DNA from: Actinomycetota bacterium
GTDB lineage: Bacteria; Actinomycetota; Acidimicrobiia; Acidimicrobiales; AC-9
Direction of reading: 5' to 3'
Assembly: GCA_005888295.1 (NCBI GenBank)
Contig: VAWP01000051.1
Span: 894 to 64,893 of the forward strand
Length of the DNA: 64,000 bases
The notes beneath the pieces were generated by a model that saw only the letters and a program-made list of their open reading frames with translations, ran no database searches and was not told where the DNA came from. Position 1 is the stretch's first letter. Each line of letters opens with the position of its first letter. Position numbers and translations under genes: made by a program. This document shows, one piece after another, positions 9,395 through 17,789 of the stretch.

Positions 9395-10873
9395 ATGGAG
9401 CGGCTCACCGGCATCGACGCCGGGTTCCTCTACATGGAGACCCCGACGCTCCACATGCACACCCTGAAGATCTCGATCGTCGACCCGACGACGGTCCCCG
9501 GCGGCTACTCGTTCGCACGGGTCGGGGAGGTGCTCGGGGAGCGGCTGCACCTGCTCCCACCCTTCCGGCGCAGGCTGGTCGAGGTCCCCGGCGGACTGCA
9601 CCATCCCCTGTGGGTCGAGGATCCCGATTTCGACCTGGCCCACCACCTCCACCGGGCCGAGATCGCCGCGCCCGGGGGGCCGCACCAGCTCGGCGAGCTC
9701 ATCTCCGACATCGCCAGCCGCCAACTGGACCGGAGCCACCCGCTCTGGGAGCTGTGGGTGGTCGAGGGCATCGAGCACGGACACATCGGCTTCGTGGCCA
9801 AGATCCACCACGCCGCCGCCGACGGCGTCGCCGCCGCCGCCATGCTCGCCAACGTGCTCGACGCCGAGGCCGACCCGGGAGGTCGGCCCCAGGACGAGGC
9901 CGACCCGGCCGACGCGGGAGGCCCCCCCCAGGACGAGGCCGACGCGGCGCCGGTCGCCCCACCGTCCCGTCCCTGGCGACCGGAGCCCATCCCGACCGGC
10001 ACCGAGCGCCTGGTCGGCGCGCTCCGCGACCTTCTCCGCAACCTCGCCACGCTCCCCGGCCTGGTTCGCAGGACGGCGGCCGGGCTCACCGCCGTGGTCC
10101 GCCGACGACGCTCGGGCGCGCTCTCGCCGCCGCTTCCCTTCAGCACGCCGCGCACGTCGTTCAACCGGGCCCTGACCCCCAACCGGTGGTTCGCCATGGC
10201 GTCGCTCCCGCTCGAGGAGGTCAAGGCCGTCCGCGGCGCCTTCGGCGTGACGATCAACGACGTCGTCCTGGCCCTGTGCGCCGGCGCCCTGCGACGGTAC
10301 CTGGACGAGCGGGGCGAGCTGCCCGAGCGGCCTCTGCTCGCCGGGGTGCCGGTGTCGACCGGCTCGCCCGACCAGCCCGAGGGGCCACGCCTGGCGGGCA
10401 ACCGGGTCTCCAACCTGTTCACGTCGCTGCGGACCGACATCGCCGACCCCGTCGAGCGCCTGCACGCCATCCACGACGTCACCCGGGCGGCGAAGGAGGT
10501 GCAGGACGCGCTGGGCCCCGAGATGCTCGTCGACTGGAGCGAGGTCACCCCGCCGCGCATCTTCTCGGCTTGGATGCGGCTGTACTCACGCCTCAAGCTG
10601 GCGGATCGCCACCGCCCACCCATCAACCTGGTGATCTCCAACGTGCCTGGTCCCCGCCAACCCCTGCACATCGCCGGCGCGCGCCTGCTCGACCTCTACT
10701 CGATGGGTCCGATCCTGGAGGGGATCGGGCTGAACATCACCGTGTGGAGCTACGTCGACCGTCTCGGCTTCGGCCTGGTTGCCTGCCGGGAGACCATGCC
10801 CGACATCTGGGACCTGGCCGACCACCTGCCCGACGCCCTGGCCGAGCTGCGCAAGGCCGCTCAGGCGGTCTGA
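9395..10873 (+). CDS. wax ester synthase/diacylglycerol acyltransferase (WS/DGAT), second copy
   Basis: HHAAADGVAA (HHxxxDG). The N-terminus MERLTGIDAGFLYMETPTLHMH parallels the first copy. Confidence 0.9.
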   Translation: MERLTGIDAGFLYMETPTLHMHTLKISIVDPTTVPGGYSFARVGEVLGERLHLLPPFRRRLVEVPGGLHHPLWVEDPDFDLAHHLHRAEIAAPGGPHQLGELISDIASRQLDRSHPLWELWVVEGIEHGHIGFVAKIHHAAADGVAAAAMLANVLDAEADPGGRPQDEADPADAGGPPQDEADAAPVAPPSRPWRPEPIPTGTERLVGALRDLLRNLATLPGLVRRTAAGLTAVVRRRRSGALSPPLPFSTPRTSFNRALTPNRWFAMASLPLEEVKAVRGAFGVTINDVVLALCAGALRRYLDERGELPERPLLAGVPVSTGSPDQPEGPRLAGNRVSNLFTSLRTDIADPVERLHAIHDVTRAAKEVQDALGPEMLVDWSEVTPPRIFSAWMRLYSRLKLADRHRPPINLVISNVPGPRQPLHIAGARLLDLYSMGPILEGIGLNITVWSYVDRLGFGLVACRETMPDIWDLADHLPDALAELRKAAQAV

Positions 10874-11256
10874 CCGCCAGTGGTGGGAAGTCCCGCCGCC
10901 GCCCAGGCCCGAAATCCTCCGATCACGTCGGTCGCGGCCCAGAGACCGAGCGCCTGGAGGGACACCGCGGCGAGGCTCGATGCGTAGCCCTCGGAGCAGA
11001 GCACGACGACAGACTGATCGGGGCCGGAGACCTCTGGGACGCGAGCGTTGCTCGTCGGATCGAGACGCCACTCGAGGACGTTCCGCTCGACGACGAGAGC
11101 GGCGGGAACCTCGCCCTCGCGGTGGCGCTGCTCCGCCGGGCGGATGTCGACCAGCAGCGCTCCCGCCTGCACGGCAGCCCTCGCTTGTCCCGGGTCCAGG
11201 CGCCGAAGCCGGGCCCTGGCCTCGGCGAGGTGACGATCGACGTTGCAACCGCTCAT
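10861..11256 (-). CDS. rhodanese-like sulfurtransferase domain protein
   Basis: 131 aa with active-site loop VVLCSEGYAS. Its start overlaps the stop of the upstream cysteine dioxygenase gene. Confidence 0.8.
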   Translation of the reverse strand: MSGCNVDRHLAEARARLRRLDPGQARAAVQAGALLVDIRPAEQRHREGEVPAALVVERNVLEWRLDPTSNARVPEVSGPDQSVVVLCSEGYASSLAAVSLQALGLWAATDVIGGFRAWAAAGLPTTGGQTA

Positions 11257-11765
11257 GTGAGCGTGTCCACCGGCTCCGACCGGTCCCGGAGCAGCCGGCC
11301 CGAGCGTTCATCGATGCGGTAGTAGGTCATGGCCTCGAGGCGCGGCCCGTAGACGTGCAAGCTCACCGCCGGCACTGCGCCGCTGTTGACGATGTCGTGC
11401 ACGTGATCGGGGCCGAAGGCGATGGACCCGCCTGCCTGGATGGTCCGCACGCGGAGGCGATGCGAGCGCGGGGTGCCGCTGGTCTCGACCAGGCTCCCGT
11501 CGAGAACGTAGATGGCTCCAGAGGCGCCGCCGTGGTCGTGAAGATCGATGTCGCCTCCGCAGGACCACCAGAGGAGCCACGCGTCGAGTCCCTCCTCGGC
11601 GAAGAGGGGCTCGTACCATCGCTTGCTCGTACCCGTCGGGAGAAGCCCGCGGAGCGAGCTCGTCTCGGGGACTCCGCCGGTCCGAGCCAGGCGACGAACG
11701 GCGGCCAGGAGCTCGGGCGGACCGAGCTGCGAGCGGGCGACCACGGGATTCTCTACTTTGTTCAT
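11253..11765 (-). CDS. cysteine dioxygenase family (cupin) protein
   Basis: Cupin His motifs DLHDHGGASGAIYVLDGSLVE and GPDHVHDIVN. Start taken at the ATG at 11765, because the longer track ORF would overlap the upstream gene. Confidence 0.75.
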   Translation of the reverse strand: MNKVENPVVARSQLGPPELLAAVRRLARTGGVPETSSLRGLLPTGTSKRWYEPLFAEEGLDAWLLWWSCGGDIDLHDHGGASGAIYVLDGSLVETSGTPRSHRLRVRTIQAGGSIAFGPDHVHDIVNSGAVPAVSLHVYGPRLEAMTYYRIDERSGRLLRDRSEPVDTLT

Positions 11766-11839
11766 CAGATTAGTGGACTTTAGCACCCATGAGGCCGCTG
11801 TGAAATCGACGAGGGCGGGGTCGGCGCTTTCTGGCGCGC

Positions 11840-12346
11840 TCAGGCAGCCTGACGCCCGGCGGGCGGGCGACCCCAGATGTCGTTGCACTCCTCGCAGACG
11901 CTCTCGGGAATGACGCCGGCCCGCATCAGCAGGGCGAAGATCCTGCAGCCCAGGCAGTAGCCGAGGAATGCCTCGAGGCTCGCCGCCACCAGCAGGCCGC
12001 CCATGACGGAGTAGGCCGCCCCCCGCAGTCCGAACCCGAGGGCGAGCACGGCGGCGGTGACGCTGAACGCCACGCCCATGGCCTGGGCGAACCGCTTGGG
12101 CGGCCCCGGAACGAGGCGGGGCGCGACGCGCAAGCGAGGCGTGATCACACGGGTCACCAGCTGGCCGAGGGGGCTGAGGCTCGGCCCGGTGAGGACCCTG
12201 GCCACGAACCCATAGGCGACGACGGCCAGGAGCCAGGGCTGGTCGGCGGCGATGGCGACGACGGTCGCGACGATGACGCCACCGGCCACCAGCCGGGCAG
12301 AGACCTCGTTGACCGGGTTGGGGAATGAGAACAGCTCGGTGAGCAT
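11840..12346 (-). CDS. DUF4395 membrane protein
   Basis: FPNPVNEVSARLVAGG at the N-terminus, four hydrophobic segments and the C-terminal motif LGYCLGC...CEEC are typical of DUF4395. Start at the ATG at 12346 (the track has a TTG at 12364). Confidence 0.7.
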   Translation of the reverse strand: MLTELFSFPNPVNEVSARLVAGGVIVATVVAIAADQPWLLAVVAYGFVARVLTGPSLSPLGQLVTRVITPRLRVAPRLVPGPPKRFAQAMGVAFSVTAAVLALGFGLRGAAYSVMGGLLVAASLEAFLGYCLGCRIFALLMRAGVIPESVCEECNDIWGRPPAGRQAA

Positions 12347-12360
12347 CTGCGTTGCGTCTC

Positions 12361-13398
12361 TCAAGCAGGTTGGAACGACGACAGGGTCGCGGTCAGGTCG
12401 TCGTCATAGGTAAACGTGAAGGGCCCGTAGGGCTGTTCCCCGTGCTCGCGCTCGGTGTACTTGACCCACAGGGCGCGGGTGGGGTCGTACCAGTAGGTGC
12501 GGCTCCGGGTGATCTTCTGCGACGACCCCGGCCTGCTGACCCGGTCGATGGTCACCTTCCAGGTCGGCACGGCCTGCCCGGCCACCGTCAGGGTCTCCTG
12601 GTCGACCACGTGGACGGTCCAGTCCTCGGTGCGCTCGGTCGACCCGTCCGACGCGATCACCTGGCTCGTGCCGGTCACGGTCTGCCCCGGGGAGAGCTGG
12701 CCGGGCACCTGGACCATCGGCGGCCGGTAGTCGCCCTGGTTGTTCTGGGACACCCCACCGAAGGTCACCTGGCCGCCCTCGAAGTCGAACGCCAGGCCCG
12801 AGGCGGTCCGGTCGAGGATCTCCCGCTCGGTGTGGTCACTGGAGTAGGTGATGTCGAGGACGACCTGGCTCGGGCCGAGCCCGTTGTCGCCGTGGGCGAC
12901 CATCGTCATCTGGTTGGGAAAGGAGCGGCTCCCGAACCCCGTCGCCGTCTCCGTCCCGCTGACTGCCCACGTGTAGGTTCCGAGGCGCGGGACCGTCGCC
13001 GCGGCGCCAATGGCTCCCGACCTGGGCCCCGGACCCGCGCCGACGCCGCGGCCGCTTGGCAACGCGTTGTTCGATGTTCCACCCGTTCCCGGCCCGGCGG
13101 TGATCGTCGTCGGAGCGACAGCCGGGGCCGGCGCGGCCGGCGTCGCTCCCACCGGGCCGGCACCAGGTCCGACGGGCGCCGACTGGTCGAACCTGCCGCC
13201 CCGCAGGAAGGTCGGGGGCCGGTGGCTGCGCACCGCCAGCTGGTAGGCGACGCCTCCCTGGAGCACGGCCAGGACAGCCAGGGAGGCGAGCACGCCGCGC
13301 GTCCAGAGCCGGCGGCTCCGGTGGGTCAGCTGCGGCACCACTCGGAGGACGATGCCCGCTTTGTACCCCTTTGGTCTTGACAGAACCGTTCGCGCCAT
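12361..13398 (-). CDS. hypothetical membrane-anchored exported protein
   Basis: One N-terminal TM segment (GVLASLAVLAVLQGG), a Pro/Ala/Gly linker and a beta-rich ~220-aa C-terminal domain with no motif I recognise. The start is uncertain (13398, 13413 or 13443). Confidence 0.55.
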   Translation of the reverse strand: MARTVLSRPKGYKAGIVLRVVPQLTHRSRRLWTRGVLASLAVLAVLQGGVAYQLAVRSHRPPTFLRGGRFDQSAPVGPGAGPVGATPAAPAPAVAPTTITAGPGTGGTSNNALPSGRGVGAGPGPRSGAIGAAATVPRLGTYTWAVSGTETATGFGSRSFPNQMTMVAHGDNGLGPSQVVLDITYSSDHTEREILDRTASGLAFDFEGGQVTFGGVSQNNQGDYRPPMVQVPGQLSPGQTVTGTSQVIASDGSTERTEDWTVHVVDQETLTVAGQAVPTWKVTIDRVSRPGSSQKITRSRTYWYDPTRALWVKYTEREHGEQPYGPFTFTYDDDLTATLSSFQPA

Positions 13399-13476
13399 CA
13401 CAGGATGCAGCATATTGTCCACCAAATTGATGGACAAACTCAAGATTCGACGTTTCGAGGAAGGCAGACGACCGAC

Positions 13477-15369
13477 GTGAGAACGCTGCGACGAGTCAGA
13501 TCACTGCGCCCGTCCCTCTTGATCGCCCTCGCCGTGGCCCTGGCTGGCGCCATCCTGGTCGGGGCGGGGGCGGGGTCCGCCCAGGCCGCCACCAAGGTCC
13601 AGGTCAGCCGGTCCTTCGTGAAGGGCAGCGACGGACAGCTCTACTGGGTGACCAACCACCTGGTCGGCGGGGTCAAGGCGCCCAAAGTGAAGGCGCCGAG
13701 CCGGTCGGCAGCGGCGACAGCCGCTCCGACAGCGGCGGGGGGCGGCAAGGAGTACCTCGTCGTGTGGGCCGGCGACCAGAACGCCGCCGACACCAAGGGC
13801 TCCGACATCAAGGACGCGCCGCTCGCCGTCAACCCGGTCAAGACCACCAACGAGGATGCCGTCACCGATCCCCCGGCTCCCGACTTCCTGGCCGTGATCG
13901 ACGCCACGCCGTCCTCGTCGACCTACGGCAAGGTCGTCAATACAGCCACGGTGGGCCCGCTGGTGGAGAACGAACCCCACCACATGCAGTACCTGTACCA
14001 CAAGGGAGACAAGATCTTCGCCGGCGGCCTGTTCAGCTCGGCGACCTACGTCTTCGATGTCTCCAAGCTCCCGACCGTCAGCCTGTCGGGCGTGAGCCTC
14101 CCGACCGACACGCGCGGCGGATCGATACCAGACGCCTTCTGGACTCTCCCCGACCACACCGCCTACGCCACCTACATGGGCGGCCCGGTCGTGCCCGGTC
14201 CGTACACCTACAGCGACGGCGAGACCCGCATCGGCAACGGCTACGGAGGATCGCCCGGCGAGCTCGTCCACTTCGACACGACGGGCAAGGTGCTGTCGGA
14301 GACACCGGCGGCCAACGCGACGACCGAGGACCCGGCCACCTGCCCCAACTACCCACCCATCCCGGGCCAGGCGACGTGCGCCAACCCCCACGGCATCCAG
14401 GCCCGCCCGGACCTGCAGCGCATGGTCACCAGTGACTACGCCGAGCCCCGCAACATCGTGCTGGACCCGGTGAAGCCGTGGGACCCCAGCACCTTCCGTC
14501 CCACGGTCCGGATCTGGGACATCAGCAAGGAGAACGCCCCCAAGGTCGTCTCCGACACGGTGCTGCCCGACGGCCCTCGGGTCGAGCAGAACCCGGGCCA
14601 CGAGGAGGAGCGGGGGATCATGGAGGCCAGCGTCACCAACCGGCCCCAGGACAAAGGCGCCTTCGCCGAGTCGATGTGCGGCGGCGTGATCTACTACTCG
14701 CCCGATATCACGGCCGCCAAGCCGGTGTGGCGGGAGGTCTTCGACGACACCGCTGCCTCGAAGGTCCTCAACCCTGACATCACCGAAGGGGGCGGCTGCG
14801 ACGGCGGCGGCTGGGTGCAGACCGATCCGACCGATCACTACCTGTACCACGCAGTCATCGGCCGGAACCCCGGGTCCCTCGACTCGTCCGACCCCGGCGT
14901 CCCGAAGATGGTGTACGCCCTCGACATCAGCAAGCTGATCGCCGCGGGCGAGAGCCCGGCCTGCAACGTCAACACCATCGACCAGGTCTACGACGGCGGC
15001 TCGGCGCCCGACTGCCCGACGGTCGCCAGCGTGCAGTCGCTGCCCGACGGCACCTCTGGTGGACCGCACTGGGGGACCGAGGACAACTTCGTCAAGGGGC
15101 CGGACGGTCTCTACAGCGAGACCGGCAACATCACGCGGCTGGCGGCATCCAACTACTTCGTCGCTCGTACCGGCGTCGACGGCAACCACAAGCTGTGCAT
15201 GCTCAACGTCGGTCCCGGCGGCAAGCTCAGCATCGACCGCAACTTCCGGGACGAGAACGAGGGCACGCCCTGCGTGGACTTCAACCGCAACAGCTGGCCA
15301 CAGGGCAAGAACGGCAATGCCAAGCCCCACTCGGAGCTGTTCGTGGTGCCCGACGCCAGCCTGAAATAG
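13477..15369 (+). CDS. secreted selenium-binding-protein (SBP56)/methanethiol-oxidase-like protein
   Basis: Signal peptide VRTLRRVRSLRPSLLIALAVALAGAILVGAGAGSAQA. Blocks PDFLAVIDATPSSSTYGKVV, ENEPHHMQY and SSATYVFDVS, and the C-terminal CVDFNRN...KPHSELFV, resemble SBP56 blocks from memory. An alternative ATG start is at 13405. Confidence 0.6.
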   Translation: MRTLRRVRSLRPSLLIALAVALAGAILVGAGAGSAQAATKVQVSRSFVKGSDGQLYWVTNHLVGGVKAPKVKAPSRSAAATAAPTAAGGGKEYLVVWAGDQNAADTKGSDIKDAPLAVNPVKTTNEDAVTDPPAPDFLAVIDATPSSSTYGKVVNTATVGPLVENEPHHMQYLYHKGDKIFAGGLFSSATYVFDVSKLPTVSLSGVSLPTDTRGGSIPDAFWTLPDHTAYATYMGGPVVPGPYTYSDGETRIGNGYGGSPGELVHFDTTGKVLSETPAANATTEDPATCPNYPPIPGQATCANPHGIQARPDLQRMVTSDYAEPRNIVLDPVKPWDPSTFRPTVRIWDISKENAPKVVSDTVLPDGPRVEQNPGHEEERGIMEASVTNRPQDKGAFAESMCGGVIYYSPDITAAKPVWREVFDDTAASKVLNPDITEGGGCDGGGWVQTDPTDHYLYHAVIGRNPGSLDSSDPGVPKMVYALDISKLIAAGESPACNVNTIDQVYDGGSAPDCPTVASVQSLPDGTSGGPHWGTEDNFVKGPDGLYSETGNITRLAASNYFVARTGVDGNHKLCMLNVGPGGKLSIDRNFRDENEGTPCVDFNRNSWPQGKNGNAKPHSELFVVPDASLK

Positions 15370-17126
15370 TGCCTCGCCCGAGACGCCTGCTTCTTGCAGC
15401 GGCGGCGGTGGCGACCTCGACGGTCGTCACCGCCGCCCCGGCATCGGCGCACTCCCACGCCGTGCTCGCGGGCCCGGAGGCAGGTCTGGTCGTCGTCTAC
15501 GGTCAGCTGGCTGCCGCCGTCCTCGTCGCTTCCACGGTCGTCCTCGTGGGTCTCGTCTTCGCCCCACTGGTCGCCGGTCCGCCCGTGGGGCCCGGTCGCA
15601 CCAGGGCAGTCGTCGCCGCCGCCGGCATCGCCGCGGCCGCCGCCGACGTGGCCACCCTGGTCTGGCCCGCCCTGGCCCGCAATACGTTCGGCGGCTGGCC
15701 GGCTCGGGTCGCCCTGGCCCACCTGCTGCTGGCGAGCGCCGTGGTGGTCGGGATGCGCCAGGCCAGCCTGGCGGCGACGGCTGTGGCGGGGGCGCTGCTG
15801 CTCGTTGTCCTCGTGCTCAGCGAGGACCACGACGGGTCACTGCACATCCTCGTCGCGGGTGCCCACCTGTTCGCTGCCACCGTGTGGGCGGGCGGCGTCC
15901 TCCATCTCGCGCTCGGGTGGTCCCGGGCATCAGGGCAGCGAGCGGCTGTACGTCAGGCAGCCCGCCGCTTCGGACCGACGGCTGCGGTAGCGGCCGTGCT
16001 GACGGTGTCGAGCGCCGTCGCTGCCACCCACCTCCACGTCCCGCGGGCCGCGGACCTGATCGGCACCGGCTACGGCCAGCTCGTGGTGCTGGAGATCCTC
16101 GTCGCCGCGGTCGTGCTCGCCGTGGCCGCCGCCGTCCGCCGGGGCGGCGAGCACCACGAGGGTCGACGGGCCTCTCTCGTGAAGGTGGAGACCGCGCTCG
16201 TCAGCCTGGCCGTCGGCGTCGGCGCCGCCCTCTCGGTCCTGACACCACCCGCGCCCCTCGTGCAGCTCGCGGAGTACCGCCCCCCGGTGGCGAGCGCCGC
16301 CTGCACGAGCCGTCACCTGGGCCATCTTGCCGGGCTCCTCGCTGCCAACGACGACAGCCCGGCGCGCTACCGGCTCGAAGCGCTCAGCCAGCGAGGGGCA
16401 ACTGCTGGGGGGTCGACGTGGTCGACGTGCAGCATGGCCGAGGAGTCGACGCCCGATCCCGGTGCGGCCGCCCTCGGGTCGGCGTACGCCTCCTTCCTCG
16501 ATTCGGTGGGCGTTCACCAGGCGACGATCTTCAGCGACGGTTCGCCGGGGTCACAGGAGCTGACGACTGCCCTCGTGGGCCGTGCTCGTTCGGTCGGATG
16601 GGCGGTCACGGTCGCCCCTGACTGGGAGCCGGGTCAGCCCTACATCGGCGGCGGCGACGCGGTCGTCATCGCAACGAGCACGGAGCGGGCGGCGAGCGTC
16701 CTGGCCGCGGTCGTGGCCTCGCCGTCCCGGCCGACGCGGGGAGTCTTCCTGGCCCCGTGGTTGCTGAGCCCCGAGCTGCTGACGCCGGGGCTGTCGACGA
16801 ACGGGGTGCAGGTCAGCATCGGTCTGGGCTTCGACCCGAACTCGAACGCCGCCGCCAGCTACATCGACCTCCTCGCCCGGGTGGATGACGACGCCCGGCC
16901 CACCGCCGCCGGGCTCGAGGGTTACCTGGAAGCGCTCGCTGCGGCCGAGCGACGGAAGGTGCCACGGCCGACGGGGCTCCGTTTCTACACCGCATCGGAG
17001 GCCAACTTCCTGCCCGCTTCGGTCTCCGAGGGTCACCAGGACAACAGCGCCGCCACGTGGATCCCGCAGCGCCCGAACGCCAACCTGCTGCCAGAGAGCG
17101 GCGTCATCGCCCTTCCGGGGCCATGA
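15369..17126 (+). CDS. CopD-type membrane protein fused to a C-terminal periplasmic-binding-protein-like domain
   Basis: The GTG start shares its G with the TAG stop of the SBP56 gene. The signal peptide ends in ASAHSHAVL (a CopC-like N-terminal His). About 8 TM segments include AHLFAATVWAGGVLHL, a CopD-like motif. The last ~270 aa resemble a type I periplasmic binding fold. Confidence 0.55.
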   Translation: MPRPRRLLLAAAAVATSTVVTAAPASAHSHAVLAGPEAGLVVVYGQLAAAVLVASTVVLVGLVFAPLVAGPPVGPGRTRAVVAAAGIAAAAADVATLVWPALARNTFGGWPARVALAHLLLASAVVVGMRQASLAATAVAGALLLVVLVLSEDHDGSLHILVAGAHLFAATVWAGGVLHLALGWSRASGQRAAVRQAARRFGPTAAVAAVLTVSSAVAATHLHVPRAADLIGTGYGQLVVLEILVAAVVLAVAAAVRRGGEHHEGRRASLVKVETALVSLAVGVGAALSVLTPPAPLVQLAEYRPPVASAACTSRHLGHLAGLLAANDDSPARYRLEALSQRGATAGGSTWSTCSMAEESTPDPGAAALGSAYASFLDSVGVHQATIFSDGSPGSQELTTALVGRARSVGWAVTVAPDWEPGQPYIGGGDAVVIATSTERAASVLAAVVASPSRPTRGVFLAPWLLSPELLTPGLSTNGVQVSIGLGFDPNSNAAASYIDLLARVDDDARPTAAGLEGYLEALAAAERRKVPRPTGLRFYTASEANFLPASVSEGHQDNSAATWIPQRPNANLLPESGVIALPGP

Positions 17127-17147
17127 GCTCCCGCTACGCTCGAAGTG

Positions 17148-17300
17148 ATGGAGCGACCCAGCATCAGGACCGCCCTCCGCAACTTTTCCTCTTACGACGC
17201 CCCGATCGGCACCAAGCTGCGGATGACGGTGACCAACAACCTCACGAAGCTACGCGCCCGATCGGAGTGCTGTGGGCACCCCGGCCAACCCGGGTGTTGA
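17148..17300 (+). CDS. 50-aa Cys-rich small protein (below the ORF-track cutoff)
   Basis: The ATG..TGA ORF encodes MERPSIRTALRNFSSYDAPIGTKLRMTVTNNLTKLRARSECCGHPGQPGC. It fills the gap between convergent operons and ends in C-C-G-H-x-G-x-P-G-C. Confidence 0.4.
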   Translation: MERPSIRTALRNFSSYDAPIGTKLRMTVTNNLTKLRARSECCGHPGQPGC

Positions 17301-17347
17301 AAGGGGTCACCGGGGCCCCGTGAGGGCCACGACGACCACCACCACGA

Positions 17348-17782
17348 TCACTGAGCGTCAGGCGTGAAGAAGGGTGCGGTGACCGTCCGGTCGATGCCCG
17401 GGAACGAGAGCGGCCGGAACACGACCCGGACCGGCAGGTCGAAGGTCAGGCGCTCGGGCTCACAGTCGACGATCCGGGTGACGATGCGCACCGCAGGGTC
17501 CTCGTCGAGCGCCACCAGCCCGGGCACGTACGGGACGGCGTCCGAGAACTGCGGCAGGAAGGCGTGGTGGACGATGGTCCAGGCGAACAGCCGGCCCCGG
17601 CCGCTCATCATCGTCCACGTGAAGGACGACTGGCCGCACGCCTCGCACGTCTCCCGCGGGTACCACGCGTAGGCGCCGCAGGAGTCGCAGCGGGGCACGG
17701 CGAGCTCTCCGCGGGCGGCCGCCGCCCAGTACTCCCGCGTCGGCTCCCAGTCGGTGTCGGGGAGGGGGAAGTCGGGGCGCAT
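17348..17782 (-). CDS. Zn-ribbon/OB-fold protein (DUF35 family)
   Basis: 144 aa with a rubredoxin-like CDSC...CEAC knuckle followed by an OB-fold. Start at the ATG at 17782, 8 nt after the upstream stop. Confidence 0.8.
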   Translation of the reverse strand: MRPDFPLPDTDWEPTREYWAAAARGELAVPRCDSCGAYAWYPRETCEACGQSSFTWTMMSGRGRLFAWTIVHHAFLPQFSDAVPYVPGLVALDEDPAVRIVTRIVDCEPERLTFDLPVRVVFRPLSFPGIDRTVTAPFFTPDAQ

Positions 17783-17789
17783 CGCGACG

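Noticed and set aside
9878-9943. Imperfect tandem duplication (GGAGGTCGGCCCCAGGACGAGGCCGAC / GGAGGCCCCCCCCAGGACGAGGCCGAC)
   Set aside because: It lies in frame inside the second WS/DGAT and encodes GGRPQDEAD / GGPPQDEAD in the acidic inter-domain linker. It is probably a slippage-derived low-complexity insertion with no separate function.
8434-11322. 962-aa plus-strand ORF
   Set aside because: It is an alternate frame of the hydrolase and second WS/DGAT genes and antisense to the rhodanese gene. Its extreme Arg/Pro/Gly composition shows no domain-like structure.
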